Below, one piece after another: positions 9,572-20,200 of a stretch of 64,000 nucleotides of DNA. Below the pieces are notes generated by a model. That model saw only the letters and a program-made list of their open reading frames with translations, had not been told where the DNA came from and ran no database searches. How positions within the stretch are numbered: position 1 is the stretch's first letter; each line of letters starts with the position of its first letter. Source of the stretch: Sedimentisphaerales bacterium (GTDB taxonomy: Bacteria > Planctomycetota > Phycisphaerae > Sedimentisphaerales > SM23-30); NCBI GenBank assembly GCA_963663965.2, contig CAXXFK010000030.1:224001-288000 (forward strand), given 5' to 3'. Position numbers and translations under genes: made by a program.

Positions 9572-11072
9572 CAGATGGCAATCCAGTACTCTCAATGATA
9601 CCTGTTAATTTTTCAACATGCATAAAATCACATTTGGATTCTTGGCTGTCGACCGACCAGGACCAGGTATCGATGCCATCCCAGATCGGATTCAAGGTAA
9701 ATTCTTTATGTCTATTGTTCCAGTTCCTGGCAATCACCGCGATTCGTTTCACTGCGACTTTTACCCGAAAGACATCGATATCACCAATCATGCCCGCCAA
9801 CTCTTCATAGGTAAAGCGAGACATGCCAAAAACCTGGGTGCTTAACCGCCACATTCCTTCAGCTACCTCGCATAAATAGTGATGATGAAAGATCGGTTCG
9901 AAGCTTTCCCGGGCATCCCGATTGTATAGCGTTTCATTAATATCCAATAACCAGGCCGAGATATAGATGCCGAATTTGGCTAAATCTCTTCGAATGTCAT
10001 ATAACGTTTTGCCGCCCTTACCTATACGGCTGTCAATTTCCTTAAACAGCAATCCCAGAAGTAAGATGTTAATCGCGTCATAATTATTAAAGGGATAGTA
10101 GTTGCCATTTTTTTTTCTGAATTCACGTTTATTCTTTACAGGTAACACCGCTAATTTTAAAAAACCGATCTTAGCCCATAAGGCGTCATATTTCTCTTTC
10201 CCGTTACATTGGAAAAACGGTTTGACCGCCTTTTGAATATTACGGTCGAAATCATAGTCAAGTTCGCTCCTGAATTCCTTAGCATAATCCGGATTCCTGT
10301 TGAACGCTTTCTTAAATTGAGGCTTTAAGTCGTCCCATGGCTCATAACCCTTGTCCTGCTGGTCTTGATTAAGGATGATAACATAAGGAATTGGTTTGGT
10401 AGAATTTTTTTCAATATCTCTGGTTGAAAAAAGGGTTCTTAATAACTTTTTCATTGGATCAAAATAAACCCCTTTCACGCAGCGCCGGATAGCGGCGACG
10501 GGTCCATCCTCAGGCAGGTAATCGGGTATGACCCTTTGAAAGGTATTGTCCATGGTATCCGCCAGACAAAGAAGGGCGGCGATTAACAATTCCCTGATTT
10601 CTCCGTAGGGGGCGATGACCGTCGTGTATAATTCCTGTCTTGCCATGTTCCGATTATCATCGGATTCCGGGTCGTGATAATAACAGATTCTCCCCAGGCT
10701 GTCGGCGATTTCGGCATTGGGAATTCCCAGGTGAGCATACATTCGCTTGATAATATTTTTGCTGTTCGCGGCGTGTTCATTGCCGTTTTGGATGCGCCCA
10801 ATATCGTGTAACAAAACTGACAGTAACAACAAATAGATCTCGAATGGCTTTAAGAAATATTCAATGCCGTGATACTGTTCCATTGCCTCACAGATTTGAT
10901 CGAGATAGCCCTCGATATTTCTGAGATGCGGATAAGAATTATACGAACCGCTTTTGGTATTCAATGCGCTGAGCCAGTCATTTGTGGCGATTTTCCAGGC
11001 GGTTTGCAACCCTTCATAAAGATCCGGACAACTGTTTTTCAACTGTCTTGCTAAATACCCATCTGGCAGCAT
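9564..11072 (-). CDS. HD-superfamily phosphohydrolase (HD-CE-like) with a possible C-terminal HTH
   Basis: Metal-binding pattern PHLRNI..VLLHDIGR..EHAANS..YYHD..LADTMD. The C-terminal FTYEELAGMIG..RVKVAVKR is HTH-like. Confidence 0.75.
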   Translation of the reverse strand: MLPDGYLARQLKNSCPDLYEGLQTAWKIATNDWLSALNTKSGSYNSYPHLRNIEGYLDQICEAMEQYHGIEYFLKPFEIYLLLLSVLLHDIGRIQNGNEHAANSKNIIKRMYAHLGIPNAEIADSLGRICYYHDPESDDNRNMARQELYTTVIAPYGEIRELLIAALLCLADTMDNTFQRVIPDYLPEDGPVAAIRRCVKGVYFDPMKKLLRTLFSTRDIEKNSTKPIPYVIILNQDQQDKGYEPWDDLKPQFKKAFNRNPDYAKEFRSELDYDFDRNIQKAVKPFFQCNGKEKYDALWAKIGFLKLAVLPVKNKREFRKKNGNYYPFNNYDAINILLLGLLFKEIDSRIGKGGKTLYDIRRDLAKFGIYISAWLLDINETLYNRDARESFEPIFHHHYLCEVAEGMWRLSTQVFGMSRFTYEELAGMIGDIDVFRVKVAVKRIAVIARNWNNRHKEFTLNPIWDGIDTWSWSVDSQESKCDFMHVEKLTGIIESTGLPSDE

Positions 11073-11466
11073 AATACCCTCATTTTCCTATTTGAAACTG
11101 TGGGGAAAAATAAATCATCTGTGTAAATAAAACCTTAAGTGCTTAATCATAGAATTTCTTGAAATCGTAAATCAACATAAAAATATTTTATTTCGGTCTT
11201 TTTTGATAAGGTCATTGTTTTGGCTTTTGGGAAATTTCGTTCTATAACCCGCCATGGATGGGCGGCCCAGATATTTCTGTTGCCCCAGCCGGCCCGATAC
11301 GAAGCCCATTAGCCATTTTCATGTGGTGGCGAGTCACCCCGGCCATTGAATCCAAACGAAGCCAATGGTTCGTTTTTGGCTCGTAATTCACGCCCCGTCA
11401 GTAGGATAGCCCGGTTGTCCTGAATCGGATTTTGTTCCGGTCCAACTGGATTCTGGTGGCGGCGGC

Positions 11467-11495
11467 TTGACCGGTCTGGGCGGATCTTTTATAAT
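11467..11495 (+). promoter_or_regulatory. Sigma70-type promoter for thiS-thiG
   Basis: TTGACC-N17-TATAAT, 35 nt before the thiS ATG. Confidence 0.7.
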
Positions 11496-11530
11496 TACCT
11501 GTCTGATTTTCAATTGAAAGGATTCACTGA

Positions 11531-11728
11531 ATGAAATTGATACTGAATGGCGAAGACCGTGAACTGGCCGAGGGCCTGACGGTGGACGCCTTGATAACTG
11601 AGCTGGGAATACAGCCGCCTTACGCGGTCGAAATCAATCATAAGGTCTGCCCGAAGAAACTGCATCCGGATACCGTTCTCAAAGAGGGCGATCGGGTGGA
11701 AGTCGTGACCATTGTGGGCGGCGGTTAA
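11531..11728 (+). CDS. thiS: Sulfur carrier protein ThiS
   Basis: 65-aa ubiquitin-like protein ending VVTIVGGG, next to thiG. Confidence 0.95.
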   Translation: MKLILNGEDRELAEGLTVDALITELGIQPPYAVEINHKVCPKKLHPDTVLKEGDRVEVVTIVGGG

Positions 11729-11763
11729 GACGAGACAACATTTCAAAGACAGGAAGGCACATA

Positions 11764-12558
11764 ATGGTAATCACAGATAAACCGCTCCAATTGGGGCCCT
11801 ACCAGTTTAACAGCCGGCTCTTTGTGGGGACCGGCAAATACGCCACCTTCGAAATCATGCAGGAGGCGCTGGCCGAAAGCGGCTGCGAAGTAGTGACCGT
11901 CGCGGTGCGGCGGGAACGGCTGTTCGATAAGCAGGACCGGAATATCCTGGATTTTCTCGACCGGGATAAATATACCCTGCTGCCCAATACCGCCGGCTGC
12001 TTCAGCGCAGACGATGCGGTGCGCTGCGCCATGCTGGGCCGCGAGCTGCTGGAAACCGAATGGGTCAAACTGGAAGTACTGGCCGATACCAAAACCCTGC
12101 TGCCCGATCCGCTGGGCACGCTCCAGGCCACCGAGCAACTGGTCAAAGAAGGATTTACCGTGCTGGTCTATACCAATGACGATCCGGTCATGGCCAAGAA
12201 GCTGGAAGACGTTGGCGCGACCAGTGTGATGCCGGCCGCCGCGCCGATTGGATCGGGCCAGGGCGTTTTGAATCCGAATAATATCCGGATCATTCTCGAA
12301 CGGGCCAGTGTGCCGATTATCGTGGATGCCGGAGTGGGAACTGCCAGCGATGTGGTGGTGGCGATGGAACTGGGGGCCGAAGGTGTTCTGCTGAATACCG
12401 GGGTCGCCTGCGCCCAGGATCCGGTGCGGATGGCGCGCGCGATGAAACACGCGATCAGCGCCGGGCGCGACGCCTATCTTTCCGGCCGCATCCCGCGCAA
12501 ACTCTATGCCACGGCCTCTTCTCCGGTTGAGGGCACCATTGCGTCCAGTACCAGATAA
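11764..12558 (+). CDS. thiG: Thiazole synthase
   Basis: [35 protein letters not shown] motifs. Confidence 0.97.
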   Translation: MVITDKPLQLGPYQFNSRLFVGTGKYATFEIMQEALAESGCEVVTVAVRRERLFDKQDRNILDFLDRDKYTLLPNTAGCFSADDAVRCAMLGRELLETEWVKLEVLADTKTLLPDPLGTLQATEQLVKEGFTVLVYTNDDPVMAKKLEDVGATSVMPAAAPIGSGQGVLNPNNIRIILERASVPIIVDAGVGTASDVVVAMELGAEGVLLNTGVACAQDPVRMARAMKHAISAGRDAYLSGRIPRKLYATASSPVEGTIASSTR

Positions 12559-14641
12559 TCCAGACGAGATTCCCTTCGACGACGATGAGGAGATCATCGA
12601 GCGCCGGTTCGATCCGGCCGCCTTTCTGGGGCCTTCCGGCCCGATCGCGGCCCGGATGAACAGCTACGAGGTCCGTGACGAACAGATCGAGATGACCCGC
12701 GCGGTGGCCAGGGCGTTTCTGGGTAACCATCATCTGGTCGTCGAAGCCGGGACCGGTGTGGGCAAAAGCTTTGCCTATCTGGCGGCCGCGCTCAGTCGGC
12801 TGGACGCGGGGGATAACTGTAAAATCGTAATCAGCACCCATACGATCGCCCTGCAGGAGCAGCTGCTGAAAAAGGATATTCCCTTTGTCAAGAATGTCAG
12901 CGGCCATCCGTTTGTGGCGGTGCTGGTAAAAGGGCGAGGTAATTATCTTTGTCGCAGACGGTTGGAAACGGCGATCCGGTCCGGGCCGGACCTGTTCGAC
13001 ACCACCGGTTCGGCAGAAATGCTGGATAATATTTTACGCTGGGCCAGAGAAACTCCCGATGGCTCGCTCAGCGCGCTGGGCTTTCGTCCGCCGCGCGATA
13101 TCTGGGAATCGATCTGCTGCGAAAACGGGTCCTGTACCGGCCGGCAGTGCAAATATTTTGAAGAGTGTTTCTATCAGCTGGCCCGGCGGCGTATGTTTGG
13201 CGCGGATATCCTGGTGGCCAATCACGCGCTGCTGTTTTCCGATCTGGCCCTGCGTCAGCAAAACGCGAAACTGTTGCCCAGATACGATTATATTATTCTG
13301 GATGAGGCGCACAATACCGAACAGGTCGCCGGCGATCATTTCGGTTTGCGGTTGAATAACACCCAGGTGCAATATATGCTCAACCGGTTGTATAACAGCA
13401 AGACCCACAAAGGCTTGCTGGCCCGTCACCACGCCGGGGAGACCCTGGATCTGATCGACCAGGTTTATCATGCCAGTGAAGCGTTTTATGATGAAGTGGT
13501 GCAGTTTAACGACAGTCGCGAATTGAGCGGCCAGAATACCCGGATCAGCGAACCGGACCAGTTTGCCAATGTGCTCAGTATGCCGTTGATGAGACTGGGC
13601 GAGCATCTGAATATGCTGGCGAAGGATGCCGAGGATGAAGCCTTTAAGCTGGAGCTGGGCTCGTATGTTGAGCGTTGCGGCCTGTTCGCCGGCGCGGTCA
13701 ACGACTTCATCCGGCTGGGATTCGAAGAGTATGTCTACTGGACCGAGGCGAGTAAACGGCGCTGGGGCCATTTCGCGTCGATCTGCGCTTCGCCGCTCGA
13801 TGTCGGCCCGTTGCTGCAGGAGGCGTTGTTCAAACCGATGAAGGCGGTTATTATGACCAGCGCCACATTGAGTATCAAAACCCGGCATGATAAAAAGGAT
13901 AAGACCACAAACGGTGAGAGAGAGAATCCGTCTAAAATTACCGGATTTGAATTCTTCGCGCACCGGATCGGTCTGGAACAGTATCAGCCATTGCTGCTGG
14001 GTTCACCGTTTGATTATCGCAATCAGACCCGGGTTCTGATCGAATCGTATTTACCCGAACAGAAACCCGGCGATGACAGTTTTCTGGATCAGGCGATTGA
14101 AGCGGTGGAAAAATACCTGACGATTACCCATGGCAAGGCGTTTCTGCTCTTTACCAGTTTCGGCCAGTTGCGGGTGTTTGCCCGGCGGCTGGAGCCCTTC
14201 TGCCGGGATCGGCATATTACCCTGCTGGAACACAGCCATACCGTGGACCGGACCCAGCTGCTGGAGCAGTTTAAGAATGATACCGACAGCATTTTGCTGG
14301 GTACCGACAGTTTCTGGCAGGGGGTGGATGTACCGGGCCAGAGCTTGAGTTGCGTGATTATCGTCAAGCTGCCTTTTGCCGTGCCGGACCATCCGCTCTT
14401 GCAGGCGCGGCTGGAAAAAATCCGTACCGATGGCGGCAATCCGTTTATGGAGTATCAGGTGCCGGAGGCGATCATTAAATTCAAACAGGGTTTCGGCCGT
14501 TTGATCCGCAGCCGCACCGATAAAGGGATCGTCGTTGTTCTGGATCCGCGCATTATCAAAAAACACTACGGCCATGCCTTCCTGGAAGCCCTGCCCGATT
14601 GCCCGATACAGATTGTGCATTCCGCGGACGATGAGATTTAG
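12506..14641 (+). CDS. DinG/YoaA-family ATP-dependent Fe-S DNA helicase (start uncertain, overlaps the thiG end)
   Basis: [17 protein letters not shown], Fe-S cysteines, [27 protein letters not shown]. Confidence 0.93.
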   Translation: MPRPLLRLRAPLRPVPDNPDEIPFDDDEEIIERRFDPAAFLGPSGPIAARMNSYEVRDEQIEMTRAVARAFLGNHHLVVEAGTGVGKSFAYLAAALSRLDAGDNCKIVISTHTIALQEQLLKKDIPFVKNVSGHPFVAVLVKGRGNYLCRRRLETAIRSGPDLFDTTGSAEMLDNILRWARETPDGSLSALGFRPPRDIWESICCENGSCTGRQCKYFEECFYQLARRRMFGADILVANHALLFSDLALRQQNAKLLPRYDYIILDEAHNTEQVAGDHFGLRLNNTQVQYMLNRLYNSKTHKGLLARHHAGETLDLIDQVYHASEAFYDEVVQFNDSRELSGQNTRISEPDQFANVLSMPLMRLGEHLNMLAKDAEDEAFKLELGSYVERCGLFAGAVNDFIRLGFEEYVYWTEASKRRWGHFASICASPLDVGPLLQEALFKPMKAVIMTSATLSIKTRHDKKDKTTNGERENPSKITGFEFFAHRIGLEQYQPLLLGSPFDYRNQTRVLIESYLPEQKPGDDSFLDQAIEAVEKYLTITHGKAFLLFTSFGQLRVFARRLEPFCRDRHITLLEHSHTVDRTQLLEQFKNDTDSILLGTDSFWQGVDVPGQSLSCVIIVKLPFAVPDHPLLQARLEKIRTDGGNPFMEYQVPEAIIKFKQGFGRLIRSRTDKGIVVVLDPRIIKKHYGHAFLEALPDCPIQIVHSADDEI

Positions 14642-14673
14642 CGTGGTTGAAAAGCAGATCAGCCAGACAAAAG

Positions 14674-14698
14674 AAAAAGGCCTGCACCTGGCAGGCCT
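14674..14698 (-). terminator. Intrinsic terminator after the SPFH gene
   Basis: AGGCCTGC-N5-GCAGGCCT stem with a T-run on the minus strand. Confidence 0.65.
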
Positions 14699-14728
14699 CG
14701 TCGGATATAGAAAAGAAAGGTTTTGTCA

Positions 14729-15670
14729 TCAAGTTGTTTCGGTCTGTTTGATTACGGTCGTGGCGGATTTGATCATCCCGGCGATATCGGAGAGGTCGGT
14801 TGGAATGATAATGGTATTATTGGTTTTGGCCAGGTTGCCGAATTCGGAAATGTATTGTTCGGCCACCCGCAGATTCACAGCCTGCATGCCGCCTTTTTCA
14901 TTGATACTCTCGGCAATCTTGCGAATACCTTCGGCGGTCGCTTCGGCCACTTTACGGATTTCCTGGGCGCGGCCGTCCGCTTCGTTGATGCGTTTTTGTT
15001 TTTCACCTTCGGACTTGGCGATCATTTCCTGACGATCACCTTCGGCGCGGTTGATTTTGGCCTGGCGGTCACCTTCCGATTCGGCGATCATGGCGCGTTT
15101 TTCGCGTTCGGCCTTCATCTGTTTTTCCATCGCTTCCTTGATGCTGATGGGCGGCACGATATTTTTTACTTCGTAACGGGTGACTTTGACGCCCCAGGGA
15201 TCGGATGCTTTATCTACAGCCGCGACAATGTGGCTGTTGATACTGTCGCGCTCTTCAAAGGTCTTGTCGAGTTCCAGTTTACCCATGACCGAACGCATGG
15301 TGGTTTGGGCCAGCTGGGTGGCGGCGAATTTATACTGGTTGATGCCGTACGAGGCATTTTTAGGATCGACCACCTGCATGTATAAGATGCCATCCACCTC
15401 GACAGAGATATTGTCTTTGGTGATACAGGTCTGAGGTGGCACATCGACCGCCTGTTCTTTAAGGGAATGACGATAGGAGACCTTGTCAATAAAAGGCACC
15501 AGCACATGCAATCCGGCCTCCAGGGTACGGGAATATTTACCGAGTCGTTCGACAATGTATGCTTGTTTTTGAGGGACGATACGAATCGAGGTAAAGAACA
15601 GGGCAATCAGGATTACAACGATTATACCCAGTACAATGGTCCACGGATCGATTTCAGCTAAGAAGGTCAT
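14729..15670 (-). CDS. SPFH/stomatin-like protein (QmcA/paraslipin type)
   Basis: N-terminal TM; ERLGKY, ITKDN, AQTTMRS, KQMKAERE. Confidence 0.93.
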   Translation of the reverse strand: MTFLAEIDPWTIVLGIIVVILIALFFTSIRIVPQKQAYIVERLGKYSRTLEAGLHVLVPFIDKVSYRHSLKEQAVDVPPQTCITKDNISVEVDGILYMQVVDPKNASYGINQYKFAATQLAQTTMRSVMGKLELDKTFEERDSINSHIVAAVDKASDPWGVKVTRYEVKNIVPPISIKEAMEKQMKAEREKRAMIAESEGDRQAKINRAEGDRQEMIAKSEGEKQKRINEADGRAQEIRKVAEATAEGIRKIAESINEKGGMQAVNLRVAEQYISEFGNLAKTNNTIIIPTDLSDIAGMIKSATTVIKQTETT

Positions 15671-15730
15671 GTTATCTCCTTTTTATTTAAGGTTAATTAA
15701 TTACGATCCCGCTTGTCGGTCTTGCGGGAA

Positions 15731-16198
15731 TTACAGGGGCCTGACGGTGAAAGTGAGGTTATTCTGGCTGACAATTTCCACGGTCGCACCGGCTTCTATG
15801 ATTACATCCGCTTCCGCTTCCCAATTGGAGCCATGCAGTTCCACTTTGCCGGTCAGGTTAGGTTCTATGCGTGTGATGACTACGGCTTTTTTGCCAATAT
15901 TATCTGTCAGGTTTGTTTCTCCGGTTTGACTGGTGGGAGTGAAACCGGTAAAGATCGTTTTCAGCCAGCCTCGCAACAGCAGCAGCAGAGAAACAGAGGT
16001 AATGATAAAAATTACCAGCTGGCTGTTGATCGAGATATCCCAGATCCGGCAGGCCACTCCTACAATCAGAGCCCCCAGCCCGAAAAAGATAACCAGTAAG
16101 CCCGGTATGATCAGTTCCAGGAAAATCAATACCAGCCCGATGATAATCCAGAGTATATCCGGCTTCAAAAAACTATCCAGGGTAAGTTCCGCTAGCAT
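15731..16198 (-). CDS. NfeD family protein (SPFH partner)
   Basis: TM segments (ELIIPG..FFGLGA) plus an OB-like GKVELHGSNWEA, upstream of the SPFH gene. Confidence 0.9.
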   Translation of the reverse strand: MLAELTLDSFLKPDILWIIIGLVLIFLELIIPGLLVIFFGLGALIVGVACRIWDISINSQLVIFIITSVSLLLLLRGWLKTIFTGFTPTSQTGETNLTDNIGKKAVVITRIEPNLTGKVELHGSNWEAEADVIIEAGATVEIVSQNNLTFTVRPL

Positions 16199-16536
16199 TT
16201 TTTGCTCCTGATTTAAGGTTTTTTTATCCTGAGTCCAGATAAGATTATCGGAACACAGCGGTTATTTAATTCAAAACTTACTATTTTGTTAGTCGTAAAA
16301 TGAAGCCATTATTTCAAAAATCCAATTACGCTTTCAGCTTGATATTAATAAATACCCGGTTTAACTGGCTGAAAAATAAGGTCTTAATTGGCAGTACCGC
16401 CGGAGATGGATTTTTTAGAAGTGACCTTAAGACTGTCAAATAACCCTGTCGAATAGAGAGATAAAAAAAGCGTTACCTTTGTTCGCAACAACAGATAACG
16501 CGGTATTATATCAGCTAGCAAAAGCAGTCAGTTTGA

Positions 16537-17076
16537 TTAATCAAGCTTACTGGCAACATCTTCCGGCCGGGGAATATTCAGAATCCAGCCGACTTCGAGC
16601 CGGTCCGCCTCGCCGATCACTTGTTTGTTGGCATCGTAAATGACTTTCCAGTAGCGGCCATTGCCTTCGCCGTAGTATTGTTCGGCGATCTGATAGAGGC
16701 TGTCGCCCCGTTTGACAACATAATACCAGGGTTCAGTATTGACCGGTTCGGTTTTAACCGGGACTACCGGTTTAACCACCGGCTCTGGTGTCACCAACGG
16801 TTCGGGTTGGGGTTCTGGCTTGGGTTCCGGTTCAGGTTGGGGCTCTGGTTTGGGAGTGATTTCCGGTTTGGGCTCAACTGGTTTGGGATTGACCGGTGGT
16901 TGAGAATTAACGATCGGTTTTGGGCCGTCCGGATCCGGCGAGGGTTTGGATGGTTCGATGGTTTTGGTATCTTCTGTTCCAGGGGCGGAATTGTTATCCC
17001 GGGTGGCAACGTAAATAATCGCGCCAGTTACAATCAAGACACCTACCAGAATGCCCACTTTTACATCGGTCCGCAT
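16537..17076 (-). CDS. Membrane-anchored LysM peptidoglycan-binding protein with a Pro/Glu-rich linker
   Basis: N-terminal TM, PEP/KPE repeats, YVVKRGDSLYQIAEQYYG..IYDAN..LNIP. Confidence 0.9.
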   Translation of the reverse strand: MRTDVKVGILVGVLIVTGAIIYVATRDNNSAPGTEDTKTIEPSKPSPDPDGPKPIVNSQPPVNPKPVEPKPEITPKPEPQPEPEPKPEPQPEPLVTPEPVVKPVVPVKTEPVNTEPWYYVVKRGDSLYQIAEQYYGEGNGRYWKVIYDANKQVIGEADRLEVGWILNIPRPEDVASKLD

Positions 17077-17230
17077 AACGCACCTCGCTCACTAACGATT
17101 GATTTAAATCAGTTTATCTTCAAGCGGATGTTTAACCATCCGTTTGAAAAACCTTAAATGGTTCTCCTCGCATGCCTTTCGTTATACATCATAGCTCAAG
17201 ATATAGAGGCATGCAACAAGATTGCAGACG

Positions 17231-17260
17231 AAAAAAAAGGCCCGGGAAATTCCCGGGCCT
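17231..17260 (-). terminator. Intrinsic terminator after secDF
   Basis: AGGCCCGGGAA-A-TTCCCGGGCCT with an A-run on plus (U-tail on minus). Confidence 0.85.
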
Positions 17261-17291
17261 GTAAAGAGCATTCAGATGGCCTGACAGCTTA

Positions 17292-20200
17292 TCAGGCCGG
17301 TTCGGTTTCGGCAGCCGGTTCATCCTTGGCGCCGTACAACAGGGGCGACGCAATCGCCACCGTTGAGTAGGTACCGGAAATAATACCGATCAGCAAGACG
17401 TAGTTAAAGCCGCGTAAGCCGTCTCCGCCAGCAACGTACATTACCAGGACCACAATCAAGGTGGTCAGAGAGGTCAGGATGGTACGTGACAGGGTCTGGT
17501 TGATACTGTTATTGATAATCTTTTTGGACAGCACGATCTGTTTGCCGCGATTTTCACGGATTCGGTCGAAGATAACAATGGTATCGTTCAATGAATAACC
17601 GATAATCGTCAGGAAACCGGCGATCATAGGCAGGTCGATCTTAAAGTCACTGATGAGCAGCGCTTCACCGCCGTGACCGGCCAGCCAGCGGGAGGCTGAT
17701 ACCATGCCCACTGAAACAATCACGTCGTGTATCAGAGCGACAACCGCCGCGATACCGAATCGGATATTGCCAAAACGTACCCAGACGTAAACGATAATTG
17801 CCAGCAATGAGAACACAATGGCGCGGGCGGCGGCCAACATGGCTTTCATACCAACCGAAGGATCGATCTGGGTCATACGGTCAAAGGATGCTTTCTGAGA
17901 GAGCGCCGCGACAAAACGGGCTTGCACATCACCCTGGTATTCATTCCACTGGGATTCCTCGGCAGCGGTATACAGAATCGATTTGTTGGTCATGGCCAGT
18001 TCAACCGTATTAACCGGGGTGGTCAAGGTGTCTTTGCCCTGGCCGTTGCTGAAGAGCGCGTAGTCGCCAAAATATTTGAACTGATCGAATGTGGAGTCGG
18101 TACGGGTTTTTTCCAACCGTCCGTCGATGCGTTCCAGCGTTTCCGTCTTGCCTTCACCCAGTGTGGCGCTAACCAGAACACCGTTCTTGAATGGAGCGAG
18201 GTAAGGTTTGTTTTGGAGCAATTCTTCATTGATGGGTTGGGCGGTCACATTTTGCGGTTCCAGGCTGTCGATGATATTCAGTTTGCCGGCCAGCGCTTCT
18301 TTGACGGCATCGCCCACGATTTCGCGGGTTTCCCAGCCAAGTACGGCATCCGGGACGATGGCGCCCATCAGGCGTTCGATCCGGTTGCGGTTGGTTTGAT
18401 CGGTGACCATGATCAGGGTTCCCGCCTGGCTGCCGGGGGTGACAGTGGATTGCAAGAGGCGGCGATCTTTCAGTTTGCCGGCCTCGGTTTTGACGGCTGC
18501 CAGGAATGCATCGGCGGTCATGGCTTTATCCTGTGGCAGATGGACCGTTACTTCCTGACGGTTCGTTTCGGTCGTGACAATGGAAAAACGCAATTCTTCG
18601 GGTTTGCCCACACTCTGGACACGGGACGCCGCCAGTTGGGCGTTTTCACCGGCGATCGCTTTGATCCGGCTTTCGATTTTTTCCCGTATGGTCGTACCGG
18701 CAATCGCCGAATCGTTCTTCAAGCTATCGGCGCCTGCCTGGGTCAATTGAACATGGACTTCGGTACCGCCAGTGAATTCAATGGAGTACAGCGGATTGAT
18801 TTGGTTGGCGTTGCCTTTAACAAACGCGATCAGGCACAAGCCGCATAAGACAATGGAGATGCCCCAGAATACCGTGCGTTTGCCCAGCCAGTCAAAATTG
18901 GCATTTTTGATAAACTGCATCATGGACAGTTTGTCGCGCAGCAGGTTCTTCTCGTGCATGAAATCGAAGATCATGCGGGTGACAAACAAGGCGGTAAACA
19001 TACTGGAGACAATACCGATCATTAACGCCAGCGCGAAGCCTTTGACTTCTTCGGAGGCAGCGGCGTAAAGGATCAGGGCGACGATAAAGGTGGTGACGTT
19101 GGCGTCGAAGATGGTCCAGAACGCCCGGCTGTAACCATTCTGGATGGCGACCCACAGGGAACAGCCGCGTTCACGCTCTTCGCGAATACGTTCGAAAATG
19201 AGTACGTTGGCATCCACGGCCATACCGATGGTCAGGATCAACGCCGCGATACCGGGCATGGTAAAGGTGGCGCCGGAGAATCCCATAACGCCAATGATAA
19301 TCACCATGTTCATCAACAGGGCCAGATCGGCCAGGGCGCCGGCAAAGCTGTAATAAACAAGCATAAACAACACAACCAGCACCAGGCCGATGATCCCGGC
19401 CACCATACCGGCGTGCAGATTGTCGCGGCCCAGGGTCGGACCAATGATATTTTCGCTGATCGGCTGATCGCCCAGACGTGCCGGCAACGATCCGGCATTG
19501 AGTTTGTCGACCATATCCAGCACCTGCTGCTGGCTGAAGCGACCGGTGATAATGCCGCTGCTGCTGATGGCTGATTGAATGTTGGGGCCGGTAATGGCTT
19601 CATCATCCAGCATGATACAAAGCGGACGCTGGAGATTGTCTTTGGTCAGACGGTAGAACCGGTCGGCGCCCAGGGCATTAAAACTGAAGGAAACCGCGGG
19701 ACTGCCATATTGGTCCTGCCAGGGTTTGGCTTCGGTCAGTTTCCAGACTTTTTCGCCGGGTTCGTGCAACAGGGTTTCTTCCGGTTTGTTACTGCAAAGG
19801 ATGTATTGTTCATCCGCAAAGGTTCCGCGAATCCCCGCGGCGTTGAAATCCTGCGGTTCGCGAATTTTCTTCCAGACGTAATTGGCGGTGCTGGCGCCGA
19901 TCGGGCCTTTGCGTTCCAGGTCTTCGGTATATTTGTTGACACTGCCTTCCAGGTCCGTTTCGGAACCTGACGGTAAAATGCGGAACTCCAGTACGCCGCT
20001 ACCACGCAGCAACCGCTTGAGATCTTCGGTATCATCCAGTCGGCCGGAGACTTTGGCATACGCGTCATAGGCAACCACCACTTTATCGATCAGGGTGTCG
20101 ATGTTGTCAGGGTTGGCTTCCTTGATGGCATTCAGTTCTTCGGTACGGGTATTGCCGCCAATGGCCAGATATTTTTTCAACCGCGCCATGTCGATATTGA

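Noticed and set aside
11230..11530. TPP riboswitch upstream of thiS-thiG
   Set aside because: No CTGAGA / ACCTGA core motifs were seen, and a consensus promoter leaves only about 30 nt of leader.
16790..16900. Short tandem GGTTC/GGTTT repeats
   Set aside because: They encode the Pro-Glu/Lys linker of the LysM protein.
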